This document shows, piece by piece, positions 10,829 to 21,576 of a stretch of 32,000 bases of DNA (position 1 is the first letter of the stretch; every line of letters begins with the position of its first letter). Both the position numbers and the translations under genes were made by a program. The stretch spans positions 240,001 to 272,000 of the forward strand of contig NZ_AP013293.1 in NCBI RefSeq assembly GCF_000829155.1, read 5' to 3'. The notes under the pieces are model-generated. The model was not told the DNA's origin and did not search any database. It saw only the letters and a program-made list of their open reading frames with translations. This stretch comes from Candidatus Karelsulcia muelleri PSPU (GTDB lineage Bacteria > Bacteroidota > Bacteroidia > Flavobacteriales > Blattabacteriaceae).

Positions 10829-11650
10829 ATGTCAGTAAAAAAAAATAAACCGATAACTCCTAGTCAAAGATTTAAAATTAAAAATACATTTAAAGAAATA
10901 ACAAGAAATTTTCCTGAAAAAACTCTTTCTAGAGGTAAAAAAAAAACAGGAGGTAGAAATAATTATGGAAAAATGACAATAAGATATTTAGGGGGGGGGC
11001 ATAAAAAAAAATATAGAATTATAGATTATAAAAGAAATAAATTTGGTATACCTGCTATTATAAAATCTATAGAATATGACCCGAATAGATCCTGTTTTAT
11101 TTCTCTTATTTATTATATAGATGGAGAAAAAAGATATATATTATCAATTAATGGTTTAAAGATAGGACAAAAAGTTTTATCAGATAAATATACGACTCTA
11201 GAATTAGGAAATGCTATGTATCTTATGAATATCCCTTTAGGGACTATAATTTCTTGTGTAGAACTTACTCCTGGTAAAGGAGCTATTTTAGCACGTAGTG
11301 CTGGTTCATATGCCCAATTAATTGCAAAATCAGAAAAGTTTTCAACTATAAAATTACCTTCTGGAGAAAACCGAATGGTATTATCAACATGTATGGCAAC
11401 AATAGGATCAATATCTAATTCTGATCATAAATTAGAAATTGATGGAAAAGCAGGAAGAAAACGTTGGTTAGGTATAAGACCAAGAACTAGAGGAGTTGCT
11501 ATGAATCCAGTAGATCATCCTATGGGAGGTGGAGAAGGAAAATCATCTGGAGGACATCCTAGAAATAGAAATTGCATTCCTTCTAATGGATTTAAAACAC
11601 GTGATAAAAAAAACAGATCAAATAAATATATTATAGAATATAAAAAATAA
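10829..11650 (+). CDS. rplB: 50S ribosomal protein L2
   Basis: 273 aa; [50 protein letters not shown]. Confidence 0.99.
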   Translation: MSVKKNKPITPSQRFKIKNTFKEITRNFPEKTLSRGKKKTGGRNNYGKMTIRYLGGGHKKKYRIIDYKRNKFGIPAIIKSIEYDPNRSCFISLIYYIDGEKRYILSINGLKIGQKVLSDKYTTLELGNAMYLMNIPLGTIISCVELTPGKGAILARSAGSYAQLIAKSEKFSTIKLPSGENRMVLSTCMATIGSISNSDHKLEIDGKAGRKRWLGIRPRTRGVAMNPVDHPMGGGEGKSSGGHPRNRNCIPSNGFKTRDKKNRSNKYIIEYKK

Positions 11651-11657
11651 AATTATT

Positions 11658-11939
11658 ATGCCGCGTTCATTAAAAAAAGGTCCATATGTTGATTATAAAT
11701 TAAAAAAAAAAATAAAAATAAATAATTTTAATTTAAATAAAAAAAAAATAATAAAAACTTGGTCAAGATCTTCTACTATTACCCCTGAATTTATTGGAAA
11801 TACAATAGCCATTTATAATGGTAAAATTTTTATTACAGTATATATTTCTGAAAATATGGTAGGTCATAAATTAGGAGAATTTGCTCCTACTAGAATTTTT
11901 AGAGGACATTCAGGATCTAAAAATAAAATAAAAAAATAA
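11658..11939 (+). CDS. rpsS: 30S ribosomal protein S19
   Basis: 93 aa; [18 protein letters not shown]...[22 protein letters not shown]...[17 protein letters not shown]. Confidence 0.98.
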   Translation: MPRSLKKGPYVDYKLKKKIKINNFNLNKKKIIKTWSRSSTITPEFIGNTIAIYNGKIFITVYISENMVGHKLGEFAPTRIFRGHSGSKNKIKK

Positions 11940-12313
11940 TGAAATTAATAAAAAAAAAATATATATATTTTACTAAATCAGTAGCTAATATGAAAAATAT
12001 TTCTTGTTCTCCTCGTAAACTACGTTTAGTAGCTAATATAATTCGGAATAAAAAAGTAGAATATTCTCTATATAAACTTAACAATATAAAGAATAAAGGA
12101 GCAATTATAATAAAAAAATTATTATTATCAGCAATTTCGAATTGTAAAATTCAAAATTTAAAAAAAGATATAAATAAATATAATTTTTATATAGAAAAAA
12201 TTTTAGTAAATCAAGGATATCAATTAAAAAAAATACGTCCTGCTCCTCAAGGCAGAGGAAATAAGGTAAGAAAAAAATATAGTAATTTATATATTACTAT
12301 AATTAGTAAATAA
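11939..12313 (+). CDS. rplV: 50S ribosomal protein L22
   Basis: 124 aa; SPRKLRLVANIIRNKKVEYSLYKLN..., KKIRPAPQGRGNKVRKKYSNLYI; start overlaps the rpsS stop (TAATG). Confidence 0.95.
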   Translation: MKLIKKKYIYFTKSVANMKNISCSPRKLRLVANIIRNKKVEYSLYKLNNIKNKGAIIIKKLLLSAISNCKIQNLKKDINKYNFYIEKILVNQGYQLKKIRPAPQGRGNKVRKKYSNLYITIISK

Positions 12314-12319
12314 TGAATT

Positions 12320-12991
12320 ATGGGGCATAAAGTAAACACATTATCTAATAGATTAGGATTAATTGTAGGATGGCAATCAATATGGTGTAGTAATTATCCA
12401 GATAGAATAAAAGAAGATTTTCAAATAAGAAAATATATAGAAAATAGTTTCCCTAAAATTTATATATCTAGAATATATATTGAAAGGACCTTAAATAGGA
12501 TAAAGATTACGATATCTACTTCCCGTCCAGCAATTATAATAGGGAAAGGAGGAGATGAAATAGAAAAAAGAAAAAAAGAAATAGAGCATTTTACTTATAA
12601 AGAAATTAAACTAAATATATTTGAAATAAAAAAACCAGAATTAGATGCTGTATTAGTTTCTAAAAGTATAGCTCGTAAATTAGAAAGTAAAAGTTCTTAT
12701 AAAAAATCAATTAAAAGATGCATATCTTCTGCTTTGCGTCTTAATGCAGAAGGTATAAAAATAAAAATATCAGGACGTCTTAATGGAGCAGAAATGGCTA
12801 GAACCGAAACTTATAAAGAAGGTCGAATTCCTTTATCAACTTTTAGAGCAGATATAGATTATTATATGACAGAATCTCATACAGATTATGGATTAATAGG
12901 TATAAAAGTATGGATTATGAAAGGTGAAATTTACGGTAAAAAAAAAATATATAATATATTTAAATACAAAAAAGTTAATAAAAAAAAATAA
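12320..12991 (+). CDS. rpsC: 30S ribosomal protein S3
   Basis: 223 aa; [73 protein letters not shown]. Confidence 0.98.
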   Translation: MGHKVNTLSNRLGLIVGWQSIWCSNYPDRIKEDFQIRKYIENSFPKIYISRIYIERTLNRIKITISTSRPAIIIGKGGDEIEKRKKEIEHFTYKEIKLNIFEIKKPELDAVLVSKSIARKLESKSSYKKSIKRCISSALRLNAEGIKIKISGRLNGAEMARTETYKEGRIPLSTFRADIDYYMTESHTDYGLIGIKVWIMKGEIYGKKKIYNIFKYKKVNKKK

Positions 12992-12993
12992 TT

Positions 12994-13413
12994 ATGTTAC
13001 AGCCTAAAAAAACTAAATATGATAAACATCATAAAGGTAGGATAAAAGGGAATGCAACAAGAGGAACAAGACTATTTTTTGGAAAATATGGTATTAAATC
13101 ATTAGAACCAGGATGGATTACAGATAGACAAATAGAATCTGCTCGTGTTGCTGCAACACGTTATATGAAAAGACAAGGTCAATTATGGTTAAATATTTTT
13201 CCTGATAAACCTGTTACTAAAAAACCTCAAGAAGTTCGGATGGGAAAAGGAAAAGGAGTAAAAGATCATTGGGTTTCAGTAATAAAACCAGGAAGAATTT
13301 TAATTGAAGTAGATGGAGTAGATCTTCTTTTAGGTAAAGAAGCGCTGAGATTAGCTTCTCAAAAATTACCAGTAAAAACAAAATTTATAATTTCATATAA
13401 TTTAAATATATAA
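12994..13413 (+). CDS. rplP: 50S ribosomal protein L16
   Basis: 139 aa; [60 protein letters not shown]. Confidence 0.99.
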   Translation: MLQPKKTKYDKHHKGRIKGNATRGTRLFFGKYGIKSLEPGWITDRQIESARVAATRYMKRQGQLWLNIFPDKPVTKKPQEVRMGKGKGVKDHWVSVIKPGRILIEVDGVDLLLGKEALRLASQKLPVKTKFIISYNLNI

Positions 13414-13418
13414 AATAT

Positions 13419-13679
13419 ATGCAAATATCGAAAAATAGTAAAAAAAAAATAGGATTTGTTATAAGTAATAAAATGAAAAAAACAATAATTATATCTGAAA
13501 TTAATAAAAGAAAACATCCTTATTATAAAAAATGTATTTTAAATACAAAAAAATATTATGTTCATGATGAACATAATATTTCAAATAAAGGTGATTTAGT
13601 TAAAATTATTGAAACTAGACCTTTAAGTAAAAAAAAATGTTGGAGATTATTAAAAATCATAAAAAAGTCTAATTATTAA
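13419..13679 (+). CDS. rpsQ: 30S ribosomal protein S17
   Basis: 86 aa; KKKIGFVISNKMKKTIIISEINKRKHPYYKKCILNTKKYYVHDEHNISNKGDLVKIIETRPLSKKKCWRL. Confidence 0.96.
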   Translation: MQISKNSKKKIGFVISNKMKKTIIISEINKRKHPYYKKCILNTKKYYVHDEHNISNKGDLVKIIETRPLSKKKCWRLLKIIKKSNY

Positions 13680-13695
13680 TAAAATATAATGTTAA

Positions 13696-14064
13696 ATGTT
13701 ACAACAAGAATCAATAATTAAAGTAGCAGATAATTCTGGAGCTAAAAAAGTTTTATTAATAAGAGTTCTAGGAGGAACAAAAAAAAAATATGCTTATATA
13801 GGGGATAAAATAATAGTTTCTATAAAAGAAGCAATAGCAGGATCTAGTGTAAAAAAAGGGCAAGTATATAAAGCTGTTGTCGTAAGAACAAGAAATAAAA
13901 TAAGACGTAAAGATGGATCTTATATTAGTTTTGATGATAATGCTTGTGTATTATTAACTAATACAGGAGAAATTAAAGGTACACGTATTTTTGGACCAGT
14001 TTCTAGAGAATTAAGAGATAAAGAATATACTAAAATTATATCATTAGCTACAGAAGTATTATGA
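13696..14064 (+). CDS. rplN: 50S ribosomal protein L14
   Basis: 122 aa; [27 protein letters not shown]...[28 protein letters not shown]; TGA stop in an ATGA overlap. Confidence 0.99.
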   Translation: MLQQESIIKVADNSGAKKVLLIRVLGGTKKKYAYIGDKIIVSIKEAIAGSSVKKGQVYKAVVVRTRNKIRRKDGSYISFDDNACVLLTNTGEIKGTRIFGPVSRELRDKEYTKIISLATEVL

Positions 14065-14306
14065 AAATAAAAATAAAAAAAGGTGATTATGTTATGATTT
14101 TAACAGGTGAAAATAAAACAAAAAAAGGAATTATAAAAAAAATAATTCCTAAATTAAATAAAGCAATTGTAAATAATATAAATTTTATAAAAAAACATGT
14201 TAAACCAATAAATATAATAAGTAAAGGTAAAATTATTGAAAAAGAAGCCCCTATTCATATATCTAATCTTTATTTATTAAATAAAAATAAACTAAAAAAC
14301 CAATGA
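14061..14306 (+). CDS. rplX: 50S ribosomal protein L24
   Basis: 81 aa; [46 protein letters not shown]; TGA stop in an ATGA overlap with rplE. Confidence 0.94.
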   Translation: MKIKIKKGDYVMILTGENKTKKGIIKKIIPKLNKAIVNNINFIKKHVKPINIISKGKIIEKEAPIHISNLYLLNKNKLKNQ

Positions 14307-14851
14307 CTTATTGTCCAAGACCTAAATTTTTGTATAAAACAAAAATAATTAATGAATTAATAAAAAAATTTAATTATAAATGTGTAATGCAAGTTCCAAA
14401 ACTTACTAAAATAGTATTAAATCAAGGAATTAATATATCTGTTTTTGATAAAAAAACTAGAGCTAATGCTCTAAATAATATTAAAGCAATTACAGGTCAA
14501 AATGCTATTTATTGTTTATCCAAACGTGATGAATCTGGTTTTAAATTAAGAAAAGGAACTCCTATAAGTATTAAAGTAACTTTAAGAAGAAATATTATGT
14601 ATGAATTTTTAGATAGATTAATTAACATAGCTCTACCTAGAGTTCGTGATTTTAAAGGAGTAAATAAAAAGAGTTTTGATGGAAAAGGAAATTATAATTT
14701 AGGAATTTTGGAACAAATGATATTTCCAGAAATAAGTTTTAATTATATAAAAACCAATATTGGCATGAATATAACATTTGTTACTTCATCTAAAAATGAT
14801 AAAGAAGCTAAATATTTATTACATTTATTCGGATTACCTTTTAAAAAATAA
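14303..14851 (+). CDS. rplE: 50S ribosomal protein L5
   Basis: 182 aa; [78 protein letters not shown]. Confidence 0.98.
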   Translation: MTYCPRPKFLYKTKIINELIKKFNYKCVMQVPKLTKIVLNQGINISVFDKKTRANALNNIKAITGQNAIYCLSKRDESGFKLRKGTPISIKVTLRRNIMYEFLDRLINIALPRVRDFKGVNKKSFDGKGNYNLGILEQMIFPEISFNYIKTNIGMNITFVTSSKNDKEAKYLLHLFGLPFKK

Positions 14852-14855
14852 AAAT

Positions 14856-15125
14856 ATGTCGAAAGAATCTATAAAAGCAAGACAAAAAAAACGAAAAATA
14901 ATGGTATTAAAATATTTAAAAAAACGTGAATTATTAAAATTCAATAAAGATTATGAAGGTTTACAAAAATTACCCAGAAATTCTTCTCCAGTACGTTTAC
15001 ATAATTTATGTTCTTTAACTGGAAGATCAAAAGGGTATATGAGAAAATTTGGAATATCCCGTATTGAATTTAGACGTTTAGCATCTCAAGGGTTTATCCC
15101 AGGTGTTGTTAAAGCCAGTTGGTAA
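14856..15125 (+). CDS. rpsN: 30S ribosomal protein S14
   Basis: Within track ORF 14778..15125. The real start is the ATG at 14856: [89 protein letters not shown] (89 aa). The upstream extension lies inside rplE. Confidence 0.96.
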   Translation: MSKESIKARQKKRKIMVLKYLKKRELLKFNKDYEGLQKLPRNSSPVRLHNLCSLTGRSKGYMRKFGISRIEFRRLASQGFIPGVVKASW

Positions 15126-15140
15126 CTAAATAATAATATT

Positions 15141-15542
15141 ATGATTACAGATAAAATAGCTGATTGTTTAACTAGAATTAGAAACGGATATTTATCAAAA
15201 AATTTGATAATTGAAATTCCATTTTCAAATTTAAAAAAAGACATAATTAATATTTTATATAATCAAGGTTTTATATCAAGTTATAAAATAATAAAAATAA
15301 ATAAATTTAAATTAATTATAAAAGTAGCTATGAAATATAATAAATATACAGGTATATCTGTAATAAAATGTATAAAAAGAATTAGTAAACCTAGTTTAAG
15401 AAAATATTGTAATTCTAAAAATATACCTCGTGTACTTAATGGATTAGGAATTGCAATTATATCGACTTCTAAAGGTGTTATGACTGATAAAAAAGCACGG
15501 GAAAAAAAAATTGGAGGAGAAATAATATGTTATATTTATTAA
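15141..15542 (+). CDS. rpsH: 30S ribosomal protein S8
   Basis: 133 aa; [19 protein letters not shown]...[37 protein letters not shown]. Confidence 0.98.
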   Translation: MITDKIADCLTRIRNGYLSKNLIIEIPFSNLKKDIINILYNQGFISSYKIIKINKFKLIIKVAMKYNKYTGISVIKCIKRISKPSLRKYCNSKNIPRVLNGLGIAIISTSKGVMTDKKAREKKIGGEIICYIY

Positions 15543-15556
15543 AATATTAATTATCT

Positions 15557-16105
15557 ATGTCTAGAATTGGTAATATACCTGTGTTAATACCTAATAATGT
15601 TTTTGTAAAAAAAAAAAAAAAAATTATTTATATAAATGGACCTTTAGGAGAATTAAGTCAAAAAATTATAGGTGATATTAATATTAAAATTAATACTAAT
15701 TATATTATTTTAAAACTAAAATATAATGATAAAAAAAATAGAGCTTTACATGGATTATATCGTATGTTGATTTTTAATATGATAAAAGGTGTATTAAATG
15801 GATTTAAAAAAAAATTAGAATTAATAGGTATAGGATTTAAAGCCAATAAAAATGGACAAATTTTAGATTTAAATATAGGATATTCTCATAATATAATAAT
15901 AAAATTACCTAAAGAAATAATTTTAGAAGTAAAAATGGAAAAAAATAAAAATCCTAAGATAATTTTAAAATCTTATGATAAACAATTATTAGGAATAGTT
16001 GCCGCAAAAATAAGGTCTTTAAGAAAACCTGAACCCTATAAAGGAAAGGGAATTCGTTATATAAATGAATATGTTAGAAACAAAATAGGCAAATCAGCGA
16101 AATAA
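15557..16105 (+). CDS. rplF: 50S ribosomal protein L6
   Basis: 182 aa; MSRIGNIPVLIPNNV, NGPLGEL, LIGIGFKANKNGQILDLNIGYSH, PEPYKGKGIRYINEYVRNKIGKSAK. Confidence 0.97.
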   Translation: MSRIGNIPVLIPNNVFVKKKKKIIYINGPLGELSQKIIGDINIKINTNYIILKLKYNDKKNRALHGLYRMLIFNMIKGVLNGFKKKLELIGIGFKANKNGQILDLNIGYSHNIIIKLPKEIILEVKMEKNKNPKIILKSYDKQLLGIVAAKIRSLRKPEPYKGKGIRYINEYVRNKIGKSAK

Positions 16106-16115
16106 ATTAATTATT

Positions 16116-16445
16116 ATGAATAAAAAAAGAAGAAAAGATAAAATTATAAATAAAATATTTGGTTTTTTAGAAAAACCTAGAATATCAATATTTCTAAGTA
16201 ATAAGCATATATATGCTCAAGTTATAGATGATTATAAAGGGCATACTTTAATTTATACATCTTCAAAAGAAATAAGATATAAATTAAAAAAAGAAAAAAA
16301 ATCTTTTATTATAGGTCAAATATTAGGAAATATAGTAAATTCTTATGGAATTACTAAAATAGTATTTGATAGAAATGGATATATCTATCATGGAAGAGTA
16401 AAAGCTTTAGCCGAAGGCTTAAGAAATGTAGGATTACAATTTTAA
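16116..16445 (+). CDS. rplR: 50S ribosomal protein L18
   Basis: 109 aa; PRISIFLSNKHIYAQVIDDYKGHTLIYTSS...IVFDRNGYIYHGRVKALAEGLRNVGLQF. Confidence 0.96.
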   Translation: MNKKRRKDKIINKIFGFLEKPRISIFLSNKHIYAQVIDDYKGHTLIYTSSKEIRYKLKKEKKSFIIGQILGNIVNSYGITKIVFDRNGYIYHGRVKALAEGLRNVGLQF

Positions 16446-16450
16446 TTGTT

Positions 16451-16963
16451 ATGAAAAAAAAAAAAAAAAAAATAAAAACTTTAGAATTAAAAGAAAAATT
16501 AGTTATGATTAATAGAGTTTGTAAAGTAACTAAAGGTAGAAGATATTTTAGTTTTACAGCTTTAGTAATAAAAGGAGATAGAAATGGAGTTGTAGGTTAT
16601 GGTTTTGGAAAAGCAAAAGAAGCACCAGATGCAATATATAAAGCAGGTGAAAAAGCAAAAAAAAAATTATTAAAAATAAATATTATTAAAGGAGGTACAA
16701 TACCTCATGAACAAGAAGCCAAACATGGGGGGGCTCGTGTGTTTATTTGTCCGGCCTCAGAAGGAACTGGGATAATTGCTGGTGGTGCGGTAAGATCTGT
16801 TTTAGAAGCTGTTGGCTTAAAAAATGTATTATCTAAATCAAAAGGATCTTCTAATAAACATAATTGTATAAAAGCTACAATTTTAGCTTTATCTAAAATA
16901 AGAACTGTCAATACTATAGCTCTAGAAAGAGGAATATCTATAAAAAAAATATTAAAAGGATAA
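16451..16963 (+). CDS. rpsE: 30S ribosomal protein S5
   Basis: 170 aa; VIKGDRNGVVGYGFGKAKEAPDAI, PASEGTGIIAGGAVRSVLEAVGLKNVLSKSKGSSNKHN. Confidence 0.97.
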   Translation: MKKKKKKIKTLELKEKLVMINRVCKVTKGRRYFSFTALVIKGDRNGVVGYGFGKAKEAPDAIYKAGEKAKKKLLKINIIKGGTIPHEQEAKHGGARVFICPASEGTGIIAGGAVRSVLEAVGLKNVLSKSKGSSNKHNCIKATILALSKIRTVNTIALERGISIKKILKG

Positions 16964-17014
16964 AATTTGTTACAGTATATAACATTTATTATTAATAAAA
17001 ATAAATTTAAATAA

Positions 17015-17464
17015 ATGATATTAAATAATTTAAATCCTAAATATGGTTCTGTAAAAAAAAACAAAAGATTAGGTAGAGGTCAAGGATCTGGAAAGGGGGG
17101 AACATGTACTAAAGGACATAAAGGAGCAAAAGCTCGTTCAGGAAATTTCAAAAAAATAGGTTTTGAAGGTGGTCAAATGCCTTTACAAAGAAGAATACCC
17201 AAATTTGGATTTAAAAAAAAAAATAAAACAAAATATTTTTTATTAAATTTAGATACATTACAATATTTAATAAAGATTGGAACTATTACTAAAATAGTAA
17301 ATAAAGAAATTTTATTAAAAAAAGGAATTTTAAATAAAAAAAAATTATTAAAAATTTTAGGTAGAGGAAAATTAAAATCTAAAATAGATATTACTGCTAA
17401 TAAATTTAGTAAAACAGCATATGATGAAATTAAAAAGATGGGTGGAAAAATAATATTATCATAA
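17015..17464 (+). CDS. rplO: 50S ribosomal protein L15
   Basis: 149 aa; [27 protein letters not shown]...[17 protein letters not shown]. Confidence 0.97.
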   Translation: MILNNLNPKYGSVKKNKRLGRGQGSGKGGTCTKGHKGAKARSGNFKKIGFEGGQMPLQRRIPKFGFKKKNKTKYFLLNLDTLQYLIKIGTITKIVNKEILLKKGILNKKKLLKILGRGKLKSKIDITANKFSKTAYDEIKKMGGKIILS

Positions 17465-17466
17465 TT

Positions 17467-18774
17467 ATGAAATTTTTTTTTAGAAGATTAAAAAAAAAAA
17501 AAATATATAATACATTATTAATTATATTAATATATCGTTTGGGATCTTTTATTACTTTACCTTTTATAAATAAAATTTATAAAAATGATGTTTTATTAAA
17601 AACAAATAATAGTTATAAAGTATTCATTAATATGTTAACTTCTTTAACAGGAGGTGCATGTAATAGAGCATCTATTTTTGCTTTAGGAATAACGCCTTAT
17701 ATATCAGCCTCAATATTTACACAATTAATGTGTTATATTTTTCCTTTTTTTTATAAAATTCAACAAGATGGGGAAATAGGTAAAAAAAAATTAAATACTA
17801 TTACTAGTATAGTAACTATAATAATATCCTTAATACAAGCACCTTTATATATTTTAATACTTATTGAAAATAATCTTAAAGACAAGCCAGATTATTTGAA
17901 TTTTATTTCAATTTATGGAAAAAATTTATTTTTGATTACATCAATAATATGTCTAACTACAGGAACATTTTTTACAATGTGGTTAGGAAAACAAATTAAT
18001 AAAAAAGGAATAGGAAATGGAAATTCATTAATAATAATAAGTGGAATATTATCTCGTTTTATAAATTCTCTGATATGTGAAATATTAAATCGTCTAAAAT
18101 ATAATTATTTTTCAGGTAGTTTAATATTATTATTTGAATTTTTTATTTGGGGTTTAATTATTGGTTTTTCTATAATTATAATTAATTTTGTTAAAAAAAT
18201 ATATATACATTATATAAATAATTTTTCTTTTAAAGAAAAAAATATAGAAGAACTTTCTTTAAAAGATGATATTCAATATATTCCTTTAAAAGTCGTTTAT
18301 TCAGGAGTTATGCCTATAATATTTTCACAAGGAATTTTATTTATAATAATATTATTATTAAATAATATTAATATTAAAAGTGTTGTAATTGATAAAATTA
18401 AAAATATATATGGGTTATGGTATAATTTATTATATAGTATATTAATAATAATTATTACGTATTTTTATACATTTTTATCTATTCCTGTTAATAAAATTTC
18501 AGATGATTTAAAACTCAATGGAGTTTATATTCCATCTATAAAACCAGGAAAAGAAACTTATATTTATTTAAAAAAAATTTTATTACAAATATCTTTTTTA
18601 GGATCAATATTATTAGCTATAATAGCTATATTACCGTCAATATTTCTATCTCTAGGAGGAGATAAAAATTTTTCTTTATTTTTTGGGGGAACTTCATTAA
18701 TAATTCTAGTAGGAGTCTTATTAGAAATAAAAAAAACTGTAAATAGTAATTTATTAAATTATAATAAATTTTAA
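17467..18774 (+). CDS. secY: Preprotein translocase subunit SecY
   Basis: 435 aa polytopic membrane protein; GGACNRASIFALGITPYISASIFTQL, GIGNGNSLIIISGI, YSGVMPIIFSQGI, at the conserved position after rplO. Confidence 0.96.
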   Translation: MKFFFRRLKKKKIYNTLLIILIYRLGSFITLPFINKIYKNDVLLKTNNSYKVFINMLTSLTGGACNRASIFALGITPYISASIFTQLMCYIFPFFYKIQQDGEIGKKKLNTITSIVTIIISLIQAPLYILILIENNLKDKPDYLNFISIYGKNLFLITSIICLTTGTFFTMWLGKQINKKGIGNGNSLIIISGILSRFINSLICEILNRLKYNYFSGSLILLFEFFIWGLIIGFSIIIINFVKKIYIHYINNFSFKEKNIEELSLKDDIQYIPLKVVYSGVMPIIFSQGILFIIILLLNNINIKSVVIDKIKNIYGLWYNLLYSILIIIITYFYTFLSIPVNKISDDLKLNGVYIPSIKPGKETYIYLKKILLQISFLGSILLAIIAILPSIFLSLGGDKNFSLFFGGTSLIILVGVLLEIKKTVNSNLLNYNKF

Positions 18775-18787
18775 TTAATTAAAAATT

Positions 18788-19003
18788 ATGGCCAAAGAAC
18801 AACAGATTGAAGTAGATGGAATAGTTTTAAATGCATTACCTAATGCAATGTTTAAAGTAGAATTAGAAAATAAATGTATTGTAACTTGTCATATTACAGG
18901 TAAAATGCGAATGAATTATATTAAAATTTTACAAGGTGATAAAGTTCGTTTACAAATGTCTTCTTACGATTTAAGTAAAGCTAGAATAATATATAGATAT
19001 TAA
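18788..19003 (+). CDS. infA: Translation initiation factor IF-1
   Basis: 71 aa; [71 protein letters not shown]. Confidence 0.98.
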   Translation: MAKEQQIEVDGIVLNALPNAMFKVELENKCIVTCHITGKMRMNYIKILQGDKVRLQMSSYDLSKARIIYRY

Positions 19004-19059
19004 AATTTTATAATTTAAATAATTATATATATTTATATTATAATTTAAATATTAATTTT

Positions 19060-19176
19060 ATGAAAAAGGTAACATCTATAAAAAAAAGAAGTGAAAATTG
19101 TAAATTTGTTAAGCGTAAAGGTCGTTTAAGAATTATTAATAAATTAAATCCTAAATTTAAACAAAAACAAGGTTAA
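19060..19176 (+). CDS. rpmJ: 50S ribosomal protein L36 (absent from the supplied ORF track)
   Basis: ATG at 19060, TAA at 19174-19176, 38 aa: [38 protein letters not shown]. This matches the L36 consensus with NPKFKQKQG end, at the canonical position between infA and rpsM; the stop overlaps the rpsM start (TAATG). Confidence 0.95.
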   Translation: MKKVTSIKKRSENCKFVKRKGRLRIINKLNPKFKQKQG

Positions 19177-19556
19177 TGGCTATAATTTCAGGAATAGATA
19201 TTCCAAATAATAAAAGAGGATTAATAGCTCTTACTTATATATTTGGAATAGGTCTTAGTACATCTAAAAAAATATTTAAAAATACAGGTATTGATGAAAA
19301 TTTGAAAGTTTCAAACTGGTCAGATGATAATCTAAATAAAATAAGAAAATATATATCTTCTAATCTAAAAATAGAAGGAGAATTAAAGTTTGAAATACAA
19401 TTAGATATAAAAAGAATGATTGAAATTGGATGTTATAGAGGAATACGTCATAGAATAGGATTACCTGTTAGAGGTCAAAAAACTAAAAATAATTGTAGAA
19501 CAAGGAAAGGTAAAAAAAAAACAGTTGCAAATAAAAAAAAAAAAATTAAATCATAA
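19176..19556 (+). CDS. rpsM: 30S ribosomal protein S13
   Basis: 126 aa; [61 protein letters not shown]. Confidence 0.98.
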   Translation: MAIISGIDIPNNKRGLIALTYIFGIGLSTSKKIFKNTGIDENLKVSNWSDDNLNKIRKYISSNLKIEGELKFEIQLDIKRMIEIGCYRGIRHRIGLPVRGQKTKNNCRTRKGKKKTVANKKKKIKS

Positions 19557-19570
19557 TTAATTTAAAAAAA

Positions 19571-19933
19571 ATGGATAAAAAAAAAAATTCAGTTATAGGA
19601 GAAGTTCATATAAAATCAACATTTAATAATATTATAATAACATTAACAAATAAAAAAGGAGATGTTATTGCCTGGTCTTCAGCAGGAAAAATGGGATTTA
19701 AAGGTTCTAAAAAAAATACCCCATATGCTGCTCAAGTAGCTGCAGAAGATGTTGCTGAAAAAGGATTTAATGCTGGAATAAAAAAATTAGAGGTAATAAT
19801 AAAGGGGCCAGGTGCTGGAAGAGATGCGGCTATTCGTGCATTAGTAAATAAAAATTTTAATATATTAGTAATAAAAGATATTACCCCTATTCCTCATAAT
19901 GGGTGTAGACCTCCTAAAAAAAGAAGAATTTAA
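19571..19933 (+). CDS. rpsK: 30S ribosomal protein S11
   Basis: 120 aa; [76 protein letters not shown]. Confidence 0.99.
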   Translation: MDKKKNSVIGEVHIKSTFNNIIITLTNKKGDVIAWSSAGKMGFKGSKKNTPYAAQVAAEDVAEKGFNAGIKKLEVIIKGPGAGRDAAIRALVNKNFNILVIKDITPIPHNGCRPPKKRRI

Positions 19934-19945
19934 ACAAAATAATAA

Positions 19946-20560
19946 ATGGCAAAATATATAGGACCAAAAACTAAAATTTCCCGTAAATTTGGAGAATTAA
20001 TATATGGTAATTACAATAAAAGTTTTGAAAAAAAAAAATATCCACCTGGTCAACATGGAAATAATAGTCGTAGAAATATAAAAAAATCATTTTATTCTAT
20101 TCAATTATTAGAAAAACAAAAAGTTAAATATACTTATGGAATTTTAGAAAGACAATTTAGAAAAATGTTTTATAAAGCTTCAAAAAAAAAAGGAATTAAA
20201 GGTGAAATACTTTTACAATTATGTGAATCTAGATTAGATAATATTGTTTATAGATTAAAATTATCACATTCTAGACCTGAAGCAAGACAATTAGTATCAC
20301 ATCGTCATATTACTGTTAATGGAAAAATTGTAAATATTCCTTCTTATAATTTAAAACCAGGAGATAAGATTTCTTTAAAAGAAAAATCTAAAAAACATAA
20401 AGCCATTATCTATGATTCTAATAGATTATTAGGCTCTCTAAAAAAATGGTTAAGTTGGGATAATAAGAAAATGATAGGTATCTTTAAATCAATTCCAAAA
20501 AGAAAACAAATTCCTGAAAAGATTAATGAAAACTTAATAGTAGAATTATATTCTAAATAA
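19946..20560 (+). CDS. rpsD: 30S ribosomal protein S4
   Basis: 204 aa; [70 protein letters not shown]. Confidence 0.99.
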   Translation: MAKYIGPKTKISRKFGELIYGNYNKSFEKKKYPPGQHGNNSRRNIKKSFYSIQLLEKQKVKYTYGILERQFRKMFYKASKKKGIKGEILLQLCESRLDNIVYRLKLSHSRPEARQLVSHRHITVNGKIVNIPSYNLKPGDKISLKEKSKKHKAIIYDSNRLLGSLKKWLSWDNKKMIGIFKSIPKRKQIPEKINENLIVELYSK

Positions 20561-20572
20561 AATTAATTATAT

Positions 20573-21574
20573 ATGTTTTTTTCAAGTTTTACAAAAAATA
20601 AAAATTTAATAATATTAAAATTAACTCCTGAAGAAGGGTCTTTTAAAATAGAACCATTATATCCTGGATGGGGGTTAACAATTGGAAATTCACTTAGAAG
20701 AGTACTTTTATCTTCTTTAGAAGGATATGCTATATCATCAGTTAAAATTGAAGGAGTAAATAATGAATATTCGACAATAAAAGGGGTAATAGAAGATATG
20801 ACCGAGATTATTTTAAATCTTAAAAAGATACGTTTTAAAAAAAAAATAGAAGATGAAGATTTCGAATCAGCAGAATTTAATATTATTATTAATAATAATA
20901 AAAAAGAAATAACTGCTGGTGATTTAGGTGAATTTATTAATTTATTTGAAATTATAAATCCTTATTTAATTATTTTAAATAAAGAAAAATTAATTTCTTT
21001 AAAGATTACTCTTGTAATAAAAAGAGGGATAGGTTATATTCCTTCAGAAAAAAATCAAGATATGCCTAATATAATAGGAACAATTCCAATTGATACTATA
21101 TTTACTCCTATAAAAAAAGTTAAATATAAAATCGATAATTGTAGTATCAATACAAATCCATTTTATGAAAGTCTTATTTTAAAAATAAAAACTGATGGGT
21201 CTATAAATCCTCGAAAAGCATTAACTAGAGCTTCTAATCTATTAATAAGACATTTTCAATGTCTGTCAAATGAAAAAATATTATTAGAATATAAAAAACC
21301 AAAGAAAAGAAATAAATATGATAAAAAAATTTTAAAAATGCGGAAACTTTTAAAATCTTCATTAGAAGAAGAAATAGATTATTTATCTGTAAGAACTTTA
21401 AATTGTTTAAAATCTGCTAAAATCTTTACATGGGGAGATTTAGTTAAATATAATAAATCGGATTTATTGAAATTAAAAAATTTTGGAAGAAAATCTTTAT
21501 CTGAATTAGATAAAAGAATGAAAAAATTAAATATATATTCTGGCATGGATATTTCTATATATAAATTAAATTAA
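20573..21574 (+). CDS. rpoA: DNA-directed RNA polymerase subunit alpha
   Basis: 333 aa; [56 protein letters not shown], and C-terminal domain [43 protein letters not shown]. Confidence 0.98.
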   Translation: MFFSSFTKNKNLIILKLTPEEGSFKIEPLYPGWGLTIGNSLRRVLLSSLEGYAISSVKIEGVNNEYSTIKGVIEDMTEIILNLKKIRFKKKIEDEDFESAEFNIIINNNKKEITAGDLGEFINLFEIINPYLIILNKEKLISLKITLVIKRGIGYIPSEKNQDMPNIIGTIPIDTIFTPIKKVKYKIDNCSINTNPFYESLILKIKTDGSINPRKALTRASNLLIRHFQCLSNEKILLEYKKPKKRNKYDKKILKMRKLLKSSLEEEIDYLSVRTLNCLKSAKIFTWGDLVKYNKSDLLKLKNFGRKSLSELDKRMKKLNIYSGMDISIYKLN

Positions 21575-21576
21575 AT

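Noticed and set aside
14778-14855. N-terminal extension of the rpsN ORF
   Set aside because: It overlaps the rplE 3' coding region in another frame. S14 starts with [10 protein letters not shown] at 14856.
16705-17064. Minus-strand ORF of 119 aa
   Set aside because: It lies antisense to rpsE and the start of rplO. It mirrors conserved S5 codons and shows no independent protein signature.
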